From NCBI RefSeq assembly GCF_964355755.1, contig NC_092680.1:20283045-20347044 (forward strand): a stretch of 64,000 bases of DNA, read 5' to 3'. This DNA comes from Antedon mediterranea. Lineage: Eukaryota; Animalia; Echinodermata. Below are positions 1-12,900 of the stretch, in pieces. The position numbers and the translations under genes were made by a program. The notes below the pieces were generated by a model. It was not told the DNA's origin and ran no database searches. It saw only the letters and a program-made list of their open reading frames with translations. Position 1 is the first letter of the stretch; every line of letters begins with the position of its first letter.

Positions 1-641
1 TATATTTGGGCATATCACTACCACCATATTTGGGCACATCACTACCATAGCACATAACACTTTTTAACTAGTTTGATAGTGACAGCTTTACAAGAAGATG
101 GTTTACTGGCTTTGTCCTTCAGATGAAACATTAAGATGGATGGTACTTGTAGGCATGTTTAAAACACCATGCCCTAACTTTTGTTTCGTTTCTTTTATGA
201 AATTCATAACAAACACATATAGAGAACATTTAAAAAAAAAACACAAAATCACTTTCCATGAAAGTAATTTTTTTTTAAATTTTGAAAGTAATCTGTACGC
301 TGTAGTCTTTAAAGTGTTCAATTCCATCTTAAATGAATTTTAGATCAATGTATTGCAATTACATTTTATAGAAAATATGTTTAAAAAATACTTTTACAGT
401 AATTATATCACTTAAATTTGGTTAAAAATTGTAAAATTGCATCAGCGTTAGATTAGGTATGTTTATTTTGAATTATTTGAATGTTTGAGTTGAATTTTAG
501 TAATTAAGAAATTGTTGATTAATGTGCTCTATTGAATGTTATAATACTTTTCTAATTTTTAATGATACTCTATCTTTCTGAATTATGAATCTCATACTCT
601 GAGAGAGGTCGACATATAAATGAAATTAATCAAGAAGCTTA

Positions 642-915
642 AGCTCTGTCTTCACTATCGAATTTTATGTGACAAAAAAGTGCAATGTGCCCATATATAA
701 TAATAATAATAATACCACATTTATATAGCGCCCTTTTCATGAGTAATCATGCTCAAAGGCGCTTTACAAGCATTATTACCCCAGTATTTTTTGGGATCAA
801 ACACGTATGGAAACATACTCCCATAATGCAGCCGGACATGATGCATATGGACATGATGATGTCATATCACTACCATATGATATGTGTGCATATTACTTCC
901 ATATTTGGGCAGTAT
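642..915. mobile_element. PIF/Harbinger-like MITE (AGCTCTGTCTACACT family), interrupted by a retroposon tail
   Basis: Starts AGCTCTGTCTTCACTATC and carries the catatcactaccatatttggg core. A partial copy lies at 1-90 and a degenerate one at ~59365-59460. Confidence 0.6.
697..833 (-). mobile_element. 3' tail of a SINE/LINE (L2/CR1-like) inserted into the MITE
   Basis: The minus strand reads ...AAGCGCCTTTGAGCATG...AAAAGGGCGCTATATAAATG...(TTA)n. A related fragment lies at ~12412-12466. Confidence 0.55.
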
Positions 916-1822
916 AAGTAACTAATGTTGGTATCATTAAAAAAAATGGTGATTGAAAAAGATCTCTTGTGGTTCACGGCTTCGAAAAGTTAGTTTATGT
1001 TACTTACTGTTTAAAAAAAATAAAAGGTTGTGTTCAAAACTTCAAGTAAACCAATCTGTTTCAATAATGAAAATGCTGTGGGTATCAGTGGCTGGATCTC
1101 AATGGAGATACAAAATAAAATAAGCAAAAAGCTAAATCAAAACGATAAAGTAAAACAGTCAGAAAAATTAGCAGATATTGATAAATAGATGTGTAATCTT
1201 GGACTCAAAAAACTTGTTTATATTCTTGTACAGTATTTGTATTTGTTTGTTTTTTAGTGTGTTTTTGATGTGTAGTGTACAGAACATTTCTGATATTTTA
1301 TATTGGACAAATAAAGAAGCAGCACATTCACGTTTACGTTCATAGTAGTATATGACATGTCGTAATTTTAAAATTTTTACAATTAATAAACATAACTCAA
1401 CTCAATAACATTTAGACCTACAGTTCACTCATTTAACACCCCCCCCCCCCCCCCGCCATTTTATTAATTTTAAAAAAACAACCCTACATTCAATATTTAT
1501 TTACATATCAATAATCGCCTTTTGTTTCCTTCATATCAATGGTATTATTATCATCATTAAGTTTAATAGTACAATATTCAATGTGTTCAGTATAATAAAT
1601 ATCAACTGTTATATGCCTGCTCATTTATTTTTGTTTGAAGATACTTAAAGACATATTTTATGATTTCATTTTATGCACATTGCATAAACAAAACAAAATA
1701 CAAGATGCATCATTAGATTGTCAGTCTTAAATGATGCCCTTACAGTTTTTTTGTTTGTATGCAGACGATACCATTTATGTTGTGGACAGTACAGTAGTTT
1801 GTTTTGTTTTCAAAATAACGTG

Positions 1823-2151
1823 TTAAAGATGAAATGAAGATTAATTAAATCAGGTTTTGAATTGGTTATTTTGTAGTATTAATAAAGTTAATCTATTCCA
1901 AAAAAAAAAAAAAATAATAATAATAATTTTCTCATATAAAAATGACAAAATAAATGGTCAAATTCAACCAAAAATCCATTGGCTGGCAGTCATTTGACTA
2001 CTTTTTTGCTTTAAATTACAATTTTTTTCAGGTAAATACATTTTTTTCGATTCAATTTTTGTTCAAAGTCGATAACTATTATGTTAAATTAAATGTAATA
2101 TTTAATAAATTTGGTAAAAATTATTTTTTAAGGGGTACAATACATCTTTAA
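1823..2151. mobile_element. TTAA-flanked MITE (Kolobok-like), family copy 1
   Basis: TTAA-AGATG...ACAATACATCT-TTAA ends. The interior matches, in reverse, the copies at 2753-3074 and 32687-33030, and a degenerate copy lies at ~3350-3733. The superfamily is inferred from the TTAA TSD and AG..CT termini. Confidence 0.65.
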
Positions 2152-2752
2152 CACAATAGCAGATTATGATACTGAAAATGATCAAGATAATCTACAGCAA
2201 TTATCTATTTAATGAAATTGAATGATAAATGGATGGATATACCTACTGTCTGCTACGGCATTGCAAACGTGGAGAAACGCTTCAATTTCAACTTTAATTG
2301 TGTAAAAATAATTAATTATGGTGTGTCAATATCAGCCTTCAGCTCTCATCTTCCAAGATATTTTGATTCAACGTTAAGAACACTTTTTTATAAGTTTGAA
2401 GCATCATTGTTCTTATTATCTTTTTGTGTTTAACAATAAATGTTTATGCATCTTACAGTCTGAGTATGTCCAATTTATATACTTAGAGTTTATTGTGTGA
2501 AGGTTTGATTAAACCATGATTGCTGTAACACAACTGACTCAATACAATTTGGAAAAATCTTAATTTGGTCAAATTGCATCAACCATCTTTAGTGCTGTGA
2601 TTAAGTTTTATGCAGAGAGAACAGATTCAAGATTCATTGTTTAATATTTATAATATAACAAACACACAATAATACAGAATAATAAAGAAATGTTTTACAA
2701 TTAGTAGAAAAATATACAATAAATTGTATTAATATTGAAATAATGAAATTAC

Positions 2753-3074
2753 TTAAAGATGTATTGAAAATGTTTGTTGCATGCCATTTTAATGTAACAT
2801 AATAGTTATCCACTTTAAAAATTTGATGGAAAAAATGTATGTACCTGAAAAAACTGTAATTTAAAGCAAAAATGGTCAAATTGGCTGCCAGCAAATGTGT
2901 TTTTGGTTGAATATAACCATTTATTTTGTAATTTTATAATTGAAAACATAATTGTTTTAGTTTTTTTTCTACAGAAGTGATTAACTTTATCAAAACTACA
3001 CAATAACATACTATTCAAAGTCTGATTTAATTCATCTTAATTTTTCCTGTTTTTGGGGCACAATACATTTTTAA
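2753..3074. mobile_element. TTAA-flanked MITE (Kolobok-like), copy 2, inverted relative to copy 1
   Basis: TTAAAGATGTATTG...CACAATACATTTTTAA; shares ataatagttatccact, acctgaaaaaactgtaatttaaagca and aaattggctgccagc with 32687-33030. Confidence 0.65.
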
Positions 3075-3975
3075 TTGTGACGTTTCCATCTCAAAAATGA
3101 TTTATGAATACCAAAGAAGAATAGAATGTACTTCATTGTATGCTGATGATGACCCACATCGTATCTCTATTATTGTAGACCTACTGCATGTTTATCAATA
3201 CATGAAAATTAAATTGATTTGTCAAGAAAAAGAATGATACATAATTTGTTGTTGAATATGTCACTTTAATGTCATAATACTGAATCAAAAATAATTAAGG
3301 TTTTGTCCTAAAACATTGAAGATGAATAAAATTAGACTTTTGAAGAACTAGGCCATTTGGTAGTTTTACTATTTATTTATTTATGCAAATACAAACAAAA
3401 ATAATTATTTCACTAAATAAAAGGACAAAATAAACTGCTAAAATGTAACTAAAACCCATCAATTTGACTATTATTTTGCTTTACATTACAGTTTTTCAGA
3501 TAAATAATTGTAAAATGGCATAAAAAAAAAATGTGTTATTTTTTTAGGAAATTAAATATCTTAAGAAAATGAAGTTCACCAGAAGCACATTTGTCTGTCA
3601 ATAGGTTTTTTAAAATTAAATTTAACCATTTATTTTGTCCCATATTTAGTTTAAAATCATTATTTTTTCTGCGGAAAGGAATAACTTGATTAATGTCTTG
3701 TCTGTTTTACATCTTTTTGAGGGACAATACATTCAAGAAAAAGAAAAGATTCAAGACATTGTATTTGGGTCCGTAATGCCCCGACAATCCTGGTGATCCG
3801 CCATGTGACATGTCGACAACATGCTTTCGATTATTTATAAATGTTTATTCATTTATGGCCTATATGACCGAACACTTTCAAAATCATTTAATTAAGTTTT
3901 ATCAAATTTTATACAGTATAATCTGATATTGATACTGATATATTTGTATACATACACTCATTTTGTTGGTCTGAT

Positions 3976-4014
3976 CATGGACCTATAATTATAATAAATG
4001 ATTGTAGGTCCATG
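3976..4014. mobile_element. 39-bp P-type remnant, probable excision footprint
   Basis: CATGGACCTATAATTAT-aataa-ATGATTGTAGGTCCATG flanked by the direct repeat GTCTGAT (3969-3975, 4015-4021). Confidence 0.65.
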
Positions 4015-5099
4015 GTCTGATCATGATACATTATTATTCATCATAATTAAAGCATCATTCGACAACACACAAGCATTTATTATATAGATATAATAAGCAA
4101 CAATATAAGTCACACTTAAAAATATATATACCGTACATATATCAAAAACAATATTGGGTCACTAAAGTATGCATGGGGTTCGGGGAGAACAAATCACATG
4201 ACCTAAATCCTAGACCAGGTCAAATTTGACGTTAAAATTTATGCCATTCAACCACATCGCCCCGGAAGTTATTTCTGAATCTTTAGGCCTAATATTACGC
4301 AAACATACTTAAAATATCATTTTACATATAAAACTACTGTTGTTTTACGAATTGGCTTTTGTAGAATAAAATTGTGTGAACAATAAGCTTGTTTTCAGAC
4401 GTGGTTCTGAGTTGAACGAGCGTGATGATGTGATGTTTTTTTTTTTACATTAACCCATCTCTCCTCCAAGCGTATGTACATATTTTTGTATAATAGATTA
4501 ATTTGGCACGATTGCTTTAATGTGTAAAATAATTTACATCTATCACATATTTGCATAACAACTCCGAAAGACTCTAAAGTAGGGTTAAACGCCTGGCGGT
4601 CGTATGGTAAATACATTTAATAGAATTTTATAAGGGCCCCTATTTTCAATTTTGGCATTTCAATAGTCCGAAATTGTAAAATTAAATTGTAAAAAATGTG
4701 ATCAAGACAAAATATATATAAGGATAATAATAAATGAAAGTCACTATTGTTTTATATGTTTTTATAAAATTGTATAAAGAAAACCCCTTAGCGTTCCTTA
4801 GATTTAAAAAAATAAAAGAAATCGCCATGATTTTAACTTCCCTATGTCCTTATTATCGTGTTCAACTCATTGGGTGTTGTATGAATTATGCATGGACTGT
4901 ATCGGTCAGACAGATCAGTAATTATGCAAAATATCTCGGTTTTGCTAAATGATAAATATTACACAAATATGCTCTTAGATATAGAAACTATTACAATTCA
5001 TTTAGATTTAAATAATGGAACTTCTGTTATTGTTTTACATAAGTAAATACCAGATTAACTAAACATATTCAGGGGTTACCGACAAATGATAGAATAGCT

Positions 5100-6100
5100 A
5101 GTAGGGTGCGTTTTTGGTTGATTTGTTATGCAAATACTAGTGATGGCGTGCTCCATACTGGTAACTGTTCATGGCGCAGGCCTACGATTTGTGTAGGTAG
5201 AAAAGTTGAACATTATCGCGATTTTCTGGAGAAAAAAAACATTTTTAGGGAACGAACTTATAGGCAGTCGGTAGGAAATAATTTGTTCTTCACTTTTATA
5301 TGTTTAGATTTTGCTGTGAATTCGATTTTAATCGATTATTTTTGTGAAATATTTTTGCTACCTTCTTTCGAAACACGTTTTATATCGTCTGCGATGCGAA
5401 TCGTATGCTCATAAATATCCATCGACTCGCCATCATTGCGGTGGAGTAAACCATAACTTTTGAATTGGGCCATTTAAAACTAATTTTCATAACTCAATAT
5501 AATACATGTAAGAGTTAGTTTGTTTTAAGTATAGTTTTAGGACCTGTCTGGACAACTTTTTTATAATTAATTTGAATTTTACAATCGGGAAAAAAAAACC
5601 TAGGCTAAATCGATATCTCGTACTTGTGCGAGTATTTACGCTCGAGTATCGCCATATCGTTTTCCCACGCGAACCATTGCTGCAAGCGGAAGTTCAGAAT
5701 GGTGTTAGTTGAAAATCGCTTGGAAAACTCTTCAAATTAAAAATTTTATAATAATGGATTTGCCTGTTACATTCTTAAATAACAGTTCGTGTATTAGGCT
5801 TATTTTATTTGTTTACTTTTTAGTTTTATTCCCTGAAAATAATACTTTCTTGTTGACTTCGTATACAAACATTGTGAGCGATGGTACTTATAGCTTGTCA
5901 CCAATGTGTGCGAGCGAATTTGGTCGGTGACCATTTTACCCGTTGTATTAAAACGTAAAAAAGTATTTAAAAATAACTAATATCGATTTAAATGTTATAT
6001 GGTAGTGTTCATCAATGATTTTAATTTTAGTTTGTAGAAATTTTGAAGAATATTAAAGTAAAGTTCAAGGATTTGACTCGTTTGTTCTATTTTCGAGTAA
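5100..6100 (+). promoter_or_regulatory. Probable promoter and non-coding first exon(s) of the L3MBTL gene
   Basis: Locally CpG-richer stretch with ATGGCG (YY1-like) motifs, an ETS-like CGGAAGT (~5687), and donor-like sites CAT|GTAAGA (5507/5508) and CGA|GTAAGT (6096/6097). The ATG exon has an acceptor AG at 9891-9892, so an upstream non-coding exon is expected. Confidence 0.4.
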
Positions 6101-6398
6101 GTAAAAAACTCGTGATGATCGAATGACCCAAGTGTCCGAACGCACATACAAAATTGGCTTTCCAATTTTCAGAAAAACAAGTTCAGCGGTTCTATTTTTC
6201 GTGTTGGTTTCATTATTCAAATAGATGATTTAAATAAGTTTAGTATTTTTTTATAATTATGTAACTGTATTATAATAATTGTTTGATAAATGCAATTCAC
6301 ATACAAGTTAAGTTATACAATATAAATTTTGTTTTCTCATGCATTCATCATCAATGTCAAAACTCATGAACAGAAGAAAAAAGGTGATCCCTTCAAAT

Positions 6399-8737
6399 CA
6401 AAGATACTATAGCGCCACGAAGTGGCGCAAGATAGGGAACTCCTATCTCTTATACACTGCGCATGAGTGAAATTCCATGGGCAGCCATTCCGGCAAGCAA
6501 GTTACGCGATCACATACCCCGGAAGTGTATAATAAACCATTGAACCACATCCACGTGTGACGTGTTATTGTTTGTTCGGGAAGTTTTCTCGTGTTGTATT
6601 GGGTAAATTGTAGTGGTAAGTTTTTAGAATATATATTTTTTTGTTAGTAAACATTAACAAAATTATTAAATTGTTGTTTAAATTTAGTTCAGGCAGGCGT
6701 TTCTCTGCGCAATCCGATCTAGGGCCTAGTACTAGTAGTAGTAGGCCTGGGCATATTTAATGCCGAATACTAGGCCTAGTTTAGTTAGTATGATTAATAA
6801 AAAAAAGTCTGGGAGGATGAATGATATTGATTGGCGTCTTGATGATAGATGGATCAAACAAGGCTTGGATGGATGGAAGATTAAGAAAAAAACTGAAGCT
6901 GTTCGGGAATTAGGAATTTTTAATAAAAATGTACAAGACAATATAGCGTTTTATTAATAATAACATTAACAGAAATAATTAAATGTAATGAAATCAAAAA
7001 TCGTGAGGATGTTGTTATTGTTGTTAATTTGTCGTTGTCTTGCTTTACATGTTTGTTTGTCTTGTTTTGTTTCTGTTTGTTTAAACTCCAATATGATTAC
7101 AATTTCTTAACTGGCTACCCGTCACAAGTTTTTTTGGAGGGAAACCTCCAAATGTTATTACTTTCTGGGTGTTGCCTCTTAATTATTTATATTTAAATTG
7201 TTATTTTGTTTACTTTGAAATGATAAGAAATAAATGTTATTATGAATGAATGAATTGTTTGTTTTTTTTATTTAATAAATTTAAATTATAAATTTGATCC
7301 TCATATTTATTTAGTTAATTAATGTAAACATTTTTGAATACTTACAATTATTAATAAATAGTATATTGACTTTTGTTTTGAATTTAAAAATGTATAGTAT
7401 TTTAAAATACTATAATAAGTAATCAAATGATTATGTAACAGTTCGAAAAGTGACCTAATAATTTAATGATATATTTTTCCCTATTTCAGAAAGATATAAG
7501 TCTGTCATCATACTGTAAAATTGAGAAGATAGATGATTGAGTGCAAAGTGGTATTTTACACAAGAATTAAATACAAAGGCCAGAACTGATGGACAATTAT
7601 ATTTCAATAGTAATAATAGTTTATATTTTTGATTCTTGAAAAGGAGCAGTATCCTATGGGATTACAAATAAAATCACTATTTTCACACACCTCATACTTT
7701 TAAGTGAAAGGAAATAACCAGAATTCAGTTATTATCAGTACTGTTGTTTAGGCCTATTGGCTTCTTTTGTAATACAAGAAATCAAAATAATAGAATTTTC
7801 CTTGTATTTAAGAAGGCTAAAACCATACATTCGTAATTTATTTATTGAGTGTATTTAATTATTCCATCATTATTTATTAATATTGTATAAAGTGAGATTT
7901 TTCAGTATTTTTATTGCATTTTAATCCTGTCTGTAATATTGAAAGTTGAGCTAATAAAAGTGGGTTGAAAAGAACAAATTATGATTATGAATTTTTAAAA
8001 TTAATATTTAATACTTTTACTTTTTTGAAATTAAAAAAATGTAACAATTGTTTTTGTATCTAGTAATGTTTGTACAGTATACTACAGTTGTGGCAGATCG
8101 TAGTAAAATTCCCCTTGCAATGAAATAACTTTGTAGGCCTGAAGCACACAAAATAGAAAGAGAGGGTCCGAACAGGGGAAAGAACATCCCCCTGCCCATT
8201 AATTTTTTTTTTTTTTTTAAATTAAAAAGACAGTTTTGGACAATATATTTGGCAATTATTACAATTCATCTCCAAAAAAATGCTTCTCTCGCACATAAAC
8301 TAAGCCATCATCCCAGCCTAGGCCAAACGCGGCCGACCTTGGGCGTGAAGTGCGTAGCATCGCGCTGCGCCCCGCGACACTATTTATAACTATGCCTCAA
8401 CCGACTGCCTACAAAATTCGTCCTTCATACAGTCAGTGTTTATTCTGTAGCCGTTTGAGGTTGGACAGTGATATACGCATATGTAAGTGTAATATCAAAT
8501 GGAGTAAATTTATATAATCGAATTTTATATAGATGTTCTTTCATTTTGACGCGAAAGATAAAATAAAGTCGTACTGTTTATCGCGTAGATGTAAATCCTA
8601 TTTGTTTTCATTGATTTGGTGGCGTGCCGCATTGCCTACTGGGTAATCCGCTTGCCGGAATGGCTGCCCATGGAATTATCATTTTTTGAGCGTCAGTTCC
8701 ATATCTTGCGCCACTACGTGGCGCTATACGATCTTTG
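6399..8737. mobile_element. Non-autonomous P-superfamily-like DNA transposon (2339 bp) in the L3MBTL 5' region
   Basis: Ends CAAAGAT...ATCTTTG; ~90-100 bp imperfect TIRs (6399-6498 and 8650-8737); perfect 8-bp TSD CTTCAAAT at 6391-6398 and 8738-8745. CA..TG termini with a 7-8 bp TSD are typical of P elements. No transposase ORF inside. Confidence 0.8.
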
Positions 8738-9901
8738 CTTCAAATGTTTGCAAACGTGTTGCTAATTTGCATATCAGATTGGCTTATGGGAAAGCTCACT
8801 AAAGCAAATCGAACATCACAAAATGGGAAAAGTCTATAATTATAAATAAACCAAGTGTTTTATAATATTCTATGCACATCAACCAAAGTAAATTCAGGTC
8901 TTTAAAATGAAGATGCAATTCTGTTTAATTTAACAGTTTATTATAAGTTAATGAAAATCAAAGAAGCATATTAATAAGATTATTAAAATACCATTAATCG
9001 TACAGTAGTGCAATATGTTAAATTAAAGTGCCCAGCTATCATTATATCAAGAGCTTTATTTTTTTTCCTGCAATAAAGTATAGACTTATGATAAATTATG
9101 GGCCTAGACATGCCACTATAAAAACATGTGGCTTATGAATATTAATTAATATTATGGTCCAAAAAAGTGGTCCCAGTAAAGACCATACACTATACATATT
9201 ACTAGTACCACACTACTCTTGCTAGGGCGCTGAATGCACTTTACTCTAGCATGTTAGAGGGAATATTTAGAGTTCAGTTAATTTAGATAGTCCTGCGATG
9301 TGTTGAGTACTAAATCAACTAAATCAATAATGTACTATTACGTGTATCTCTGTTTCATGGTGGTGGTGTAGTCACAAAAAAATTCTTATTATTTGTTAAA
9401 AGTAAATAGAGTATTGAATAATTATTAATATTCTATTGATGCAGTCCAAAATAATTTACGTAATTCAAACACCAATATCAGTAAATTGATATCCTTTGAA
9501 ATGACTTCAGTTTACTAATTAGAAATTGGGTTGCGACAAAAAATTAATGTTAAAAATTTTTTTTTATTATGTATAATAGCTTCAGTTTGATCAGAGAAAA
9601 TTGCTGGAAAAATTTTTACTGTGTCCATTAAGTGAGCTTAGCTTAAGTTCGGTTAGACGGTAGAACACACTTTAAGTACTTTGTGTCAATGTGTGTTGTC
9701 TAATTGTCCATATAGTTCAAGTTCCATCCTATTGGTCGTTTTCAAATCCTTTCTGCCAATATAAGAAAGATACAGTACTAATTTAAATTTATTGCATTAC
9801 AAACTTAAAATAACATTAACAGCATAATTTTGTATTTTAATATTATGTATATTAATTCTTATATTTTTTTTAACATGCGTCCTGTACTGTAGATTGTAAA
9901 C

Positions 9902-12900
9902 ATGGCCGAGACAAACACTGAACAAGTAGTAATTTCACAAGATGAGCCTCCTTTGAAAAAATTAAAAACTGTCAATGGAGAAATTGGGAACAACAATGAC
10001 GAAAGTAGCAACGGAAAGTTGGAAAACAAGCCCAAAGAAGTGCTGAATGGAACCAATTGTAATGGAAGTAGTAAGGAGAAAACGAAGTTGGTGAAAGATG
10101 ACGATATCGTTACTGATGACAAAGAAAAGAATGAAGAAGCTACACCAAAGGAAGAGAGATTGAATGAAGACAAAGAGACAACAGAAACCAAACCATTAAT
10201 GGACACACCATCAAATGATGAAATGCAAAATGAAGAGAAACGAAGTATTGGCGCTGAAGCCTCCAAGGAAGCTGAAGACGTAGGCGACAAACAAGGAAAT
10301 GAAATTCTACGTGCTAGTGATGAAGATCTAGATTTATCCCCAACAGAACAGCGTACAGAACAGAGTAGGCCTACAGAACAGATTACAGAAAAGGGTACAG
10401 AACATGCTAGTGAACCACTTGTTGAAGGTATAATAGATTTAGAATCAATCTAATTTATACATCCTCATAGACCATGCAAAATAAAAAGTTCGAAATTATA
10501 AATCCCCTTCCCATCTTGATTTCTAGTTTTGATTTAAGCCTGTATCTACGGGTTTTGCATTTTTCCTGAAGCACCCCTTTCACCAACAGTGGAAGTGATG
10601 GTAGGCCTGCAGTATAAATTGGTTTGTCCTACTTTCGTGACTCATTATGTTTTTAGGGTGGCTAAATTCCCTTTTGTAGGGTAAACAAAACATACCCTAT
10701 ATGAATCCTGGCTACAGACTTGAGCTTGCTAGTATTATGGACTTTGATTACTGCAGTAATTACTGTATAGTATTTGCTGGTATTAATTATCAATGTAACG
10801 GTACCTACACATTTATTTAAAAAAATACTTTTAGAATTTAAACAATTGTTAAAATACCTGTATGTGGATATTTAAACCAGGAAAATATTATTAATATAAT
10901 TTTTATTTTCTGAGCCTATACTTTTATTTTCAAATAATAAAAAATTGTCTTAATGTCAAGTCAAAATATAATAATAAACGTTAAAAAAAAATATTTTTAA
11001 TTTTATAGATTACGATGTCTTTTTCCATAAGATAAATACAATCATTTTTTGTCTTCAGCAAAATGATAAATAATGCCAATCCTTTATTTTCATGTCTGCA
11101 TGATATTGAACATTTTGTATAATGATATAGAAAAAAAATATAGGTTGATAAATTATGTACTGTAAAAAGTGTTGTTTACACGTCATAGCTTTGCCATTTG
11201 AACAACCAAGCACCTACACAGAAGCTGCGGAAGGACCCTCTTCTACCCCTGTAGAAACTGAAGACCCAAAGGTTGATGGCGGCGATGTACCAGAAATGGA
11301 CTGGAAGGATGGAGTTGCCTCTTTAGAAGGAAGTTCCCTAAAGGTAAATGGAATCACTCAATTAACATAATTTTTCATATCAAATCACTCATTATAGACT
11401 ATTCCATTGTTTAGATATGGGTTGTTTTTATGTGTTATTATTAACATACATTGACAAATTTTAACTATTCCAATAGTTGGTTAAAATCTTTTTTATTTTA
11501 TTAATTAATTTAGGTTAATGCATAAATGTTAAAAATTGATTATTTTAATTTCCTTTCAATTGATTTTATACGTTAAAAGGGAAGTTTTTATTTCATAATC
11601 TTTGTATGGTTATTAAGTCAGTGTCTGTAGCTGTACTCATTTCCTGGCGTTGGGCCTACCTCGCAGGATGTGTACAATACAACAAAGAATCATGGAGTTT
11701 CTAATATTTCAAACTTTCCCTCTTTTCAGGTATGGAATATAATAATACTAATCCAAACTGCATTATTAATTTATAATAAATATTACTAATCTTTTATTGC
11801 ATAAGGAATATGTTTACAAACATTGTTTTTTTTACATTTTTTACAATATTATAACAATTGCCCACTGTTATAATAATATAAAGTTTTAGTTTTAAAACAA
11901 ATTTTATTAATGTAATCTTTGAAATTAAAGGAATGGTTGCTGTCTTGTATATTTTATGTGGTTCAGTAATTTCTTTCAACTTCAGATAACAAACCTTGGC
12001 TAGGCCTACTTAAACATATTTAAAAATTGTATACAATATATGTTTGTTAGAAATAAATTACCTAGTAAACCTTAATTCCTAATATTCATTTGAGGACATA
12101 TTGTAAGTTGTATTTGTTAAAATAAACATAAAGATTACCAGAAGATTCTGTTTCATATGGTTAAATAATAAAATATTTCAACATATTATATTATAACATC
12201 AAGGGATGAAAATACATTGATATTTCAATGTTGTGATGCGTGCGCCATATCACGGTGAATCAATGCAATCATTTTCAGATGATGATTATAATTATAATGA
12301 GAACATACTGTTTTTATTTATTTTCATTCTGTAAACATTTACAATAAACACCCAGCCCAATTTAATCCTTAACACACAAGAAATAGTTTCCATTGGGGTC
12401 CTAAATAGGAATAATTCATTTATATAGCGCCCTTTTCAGATCTATACACATGTTAAAAGCGCTTCAAATAATAAAGTTAAAACCAATATAAAAATTACTA
12501 CAGATTCATAATCAACAGTATAATTCTGTCTCTATAAATGTCTGCACTTAAGGTTTTACAATATTCGAAGAGCTTCATAATTAATGAAGTAATATTAGAT
12601 GTTTTATTATATTTCTCATCCATGAAAGTTGGTTTCAAACTCTTTTATTTCTTCATTCTATCTGGTTACCACAGAAAGTACAGAGACATAATAACCAGAG
12701 ATGTAATGATCACATACAATACTGTATAGTAGATACAATTAATTGATTTGAATATTAGGACATAAGGTACATATTAAATAATGTTTATGCAATGCTACAG
12801 CATATATATTTTTACAATGATAACTTTGTGTTTTGCAGTTTAAAATGAATGAGTTTGGAATGATAGAATTAATAAATGATGATGATGAATCAGTAGATAC

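Noticed and set aside
98-5000. Short ORFs and a possible divergent minus-strand gene left of the L3MBTL promoter
   Set aside because: The ORFs are AT-rich or lie in MITEs, and I could not assemble a phase-consistent exon chain. A non-coding or out-of-window gene is not excluded.
9859-10290. 143 aa minus-strand ORF, and similar antisense ORFs at 54307-54651, 60080-60391 and 63355-63540
   Set aside because: Antisense shadows of real coding exons.
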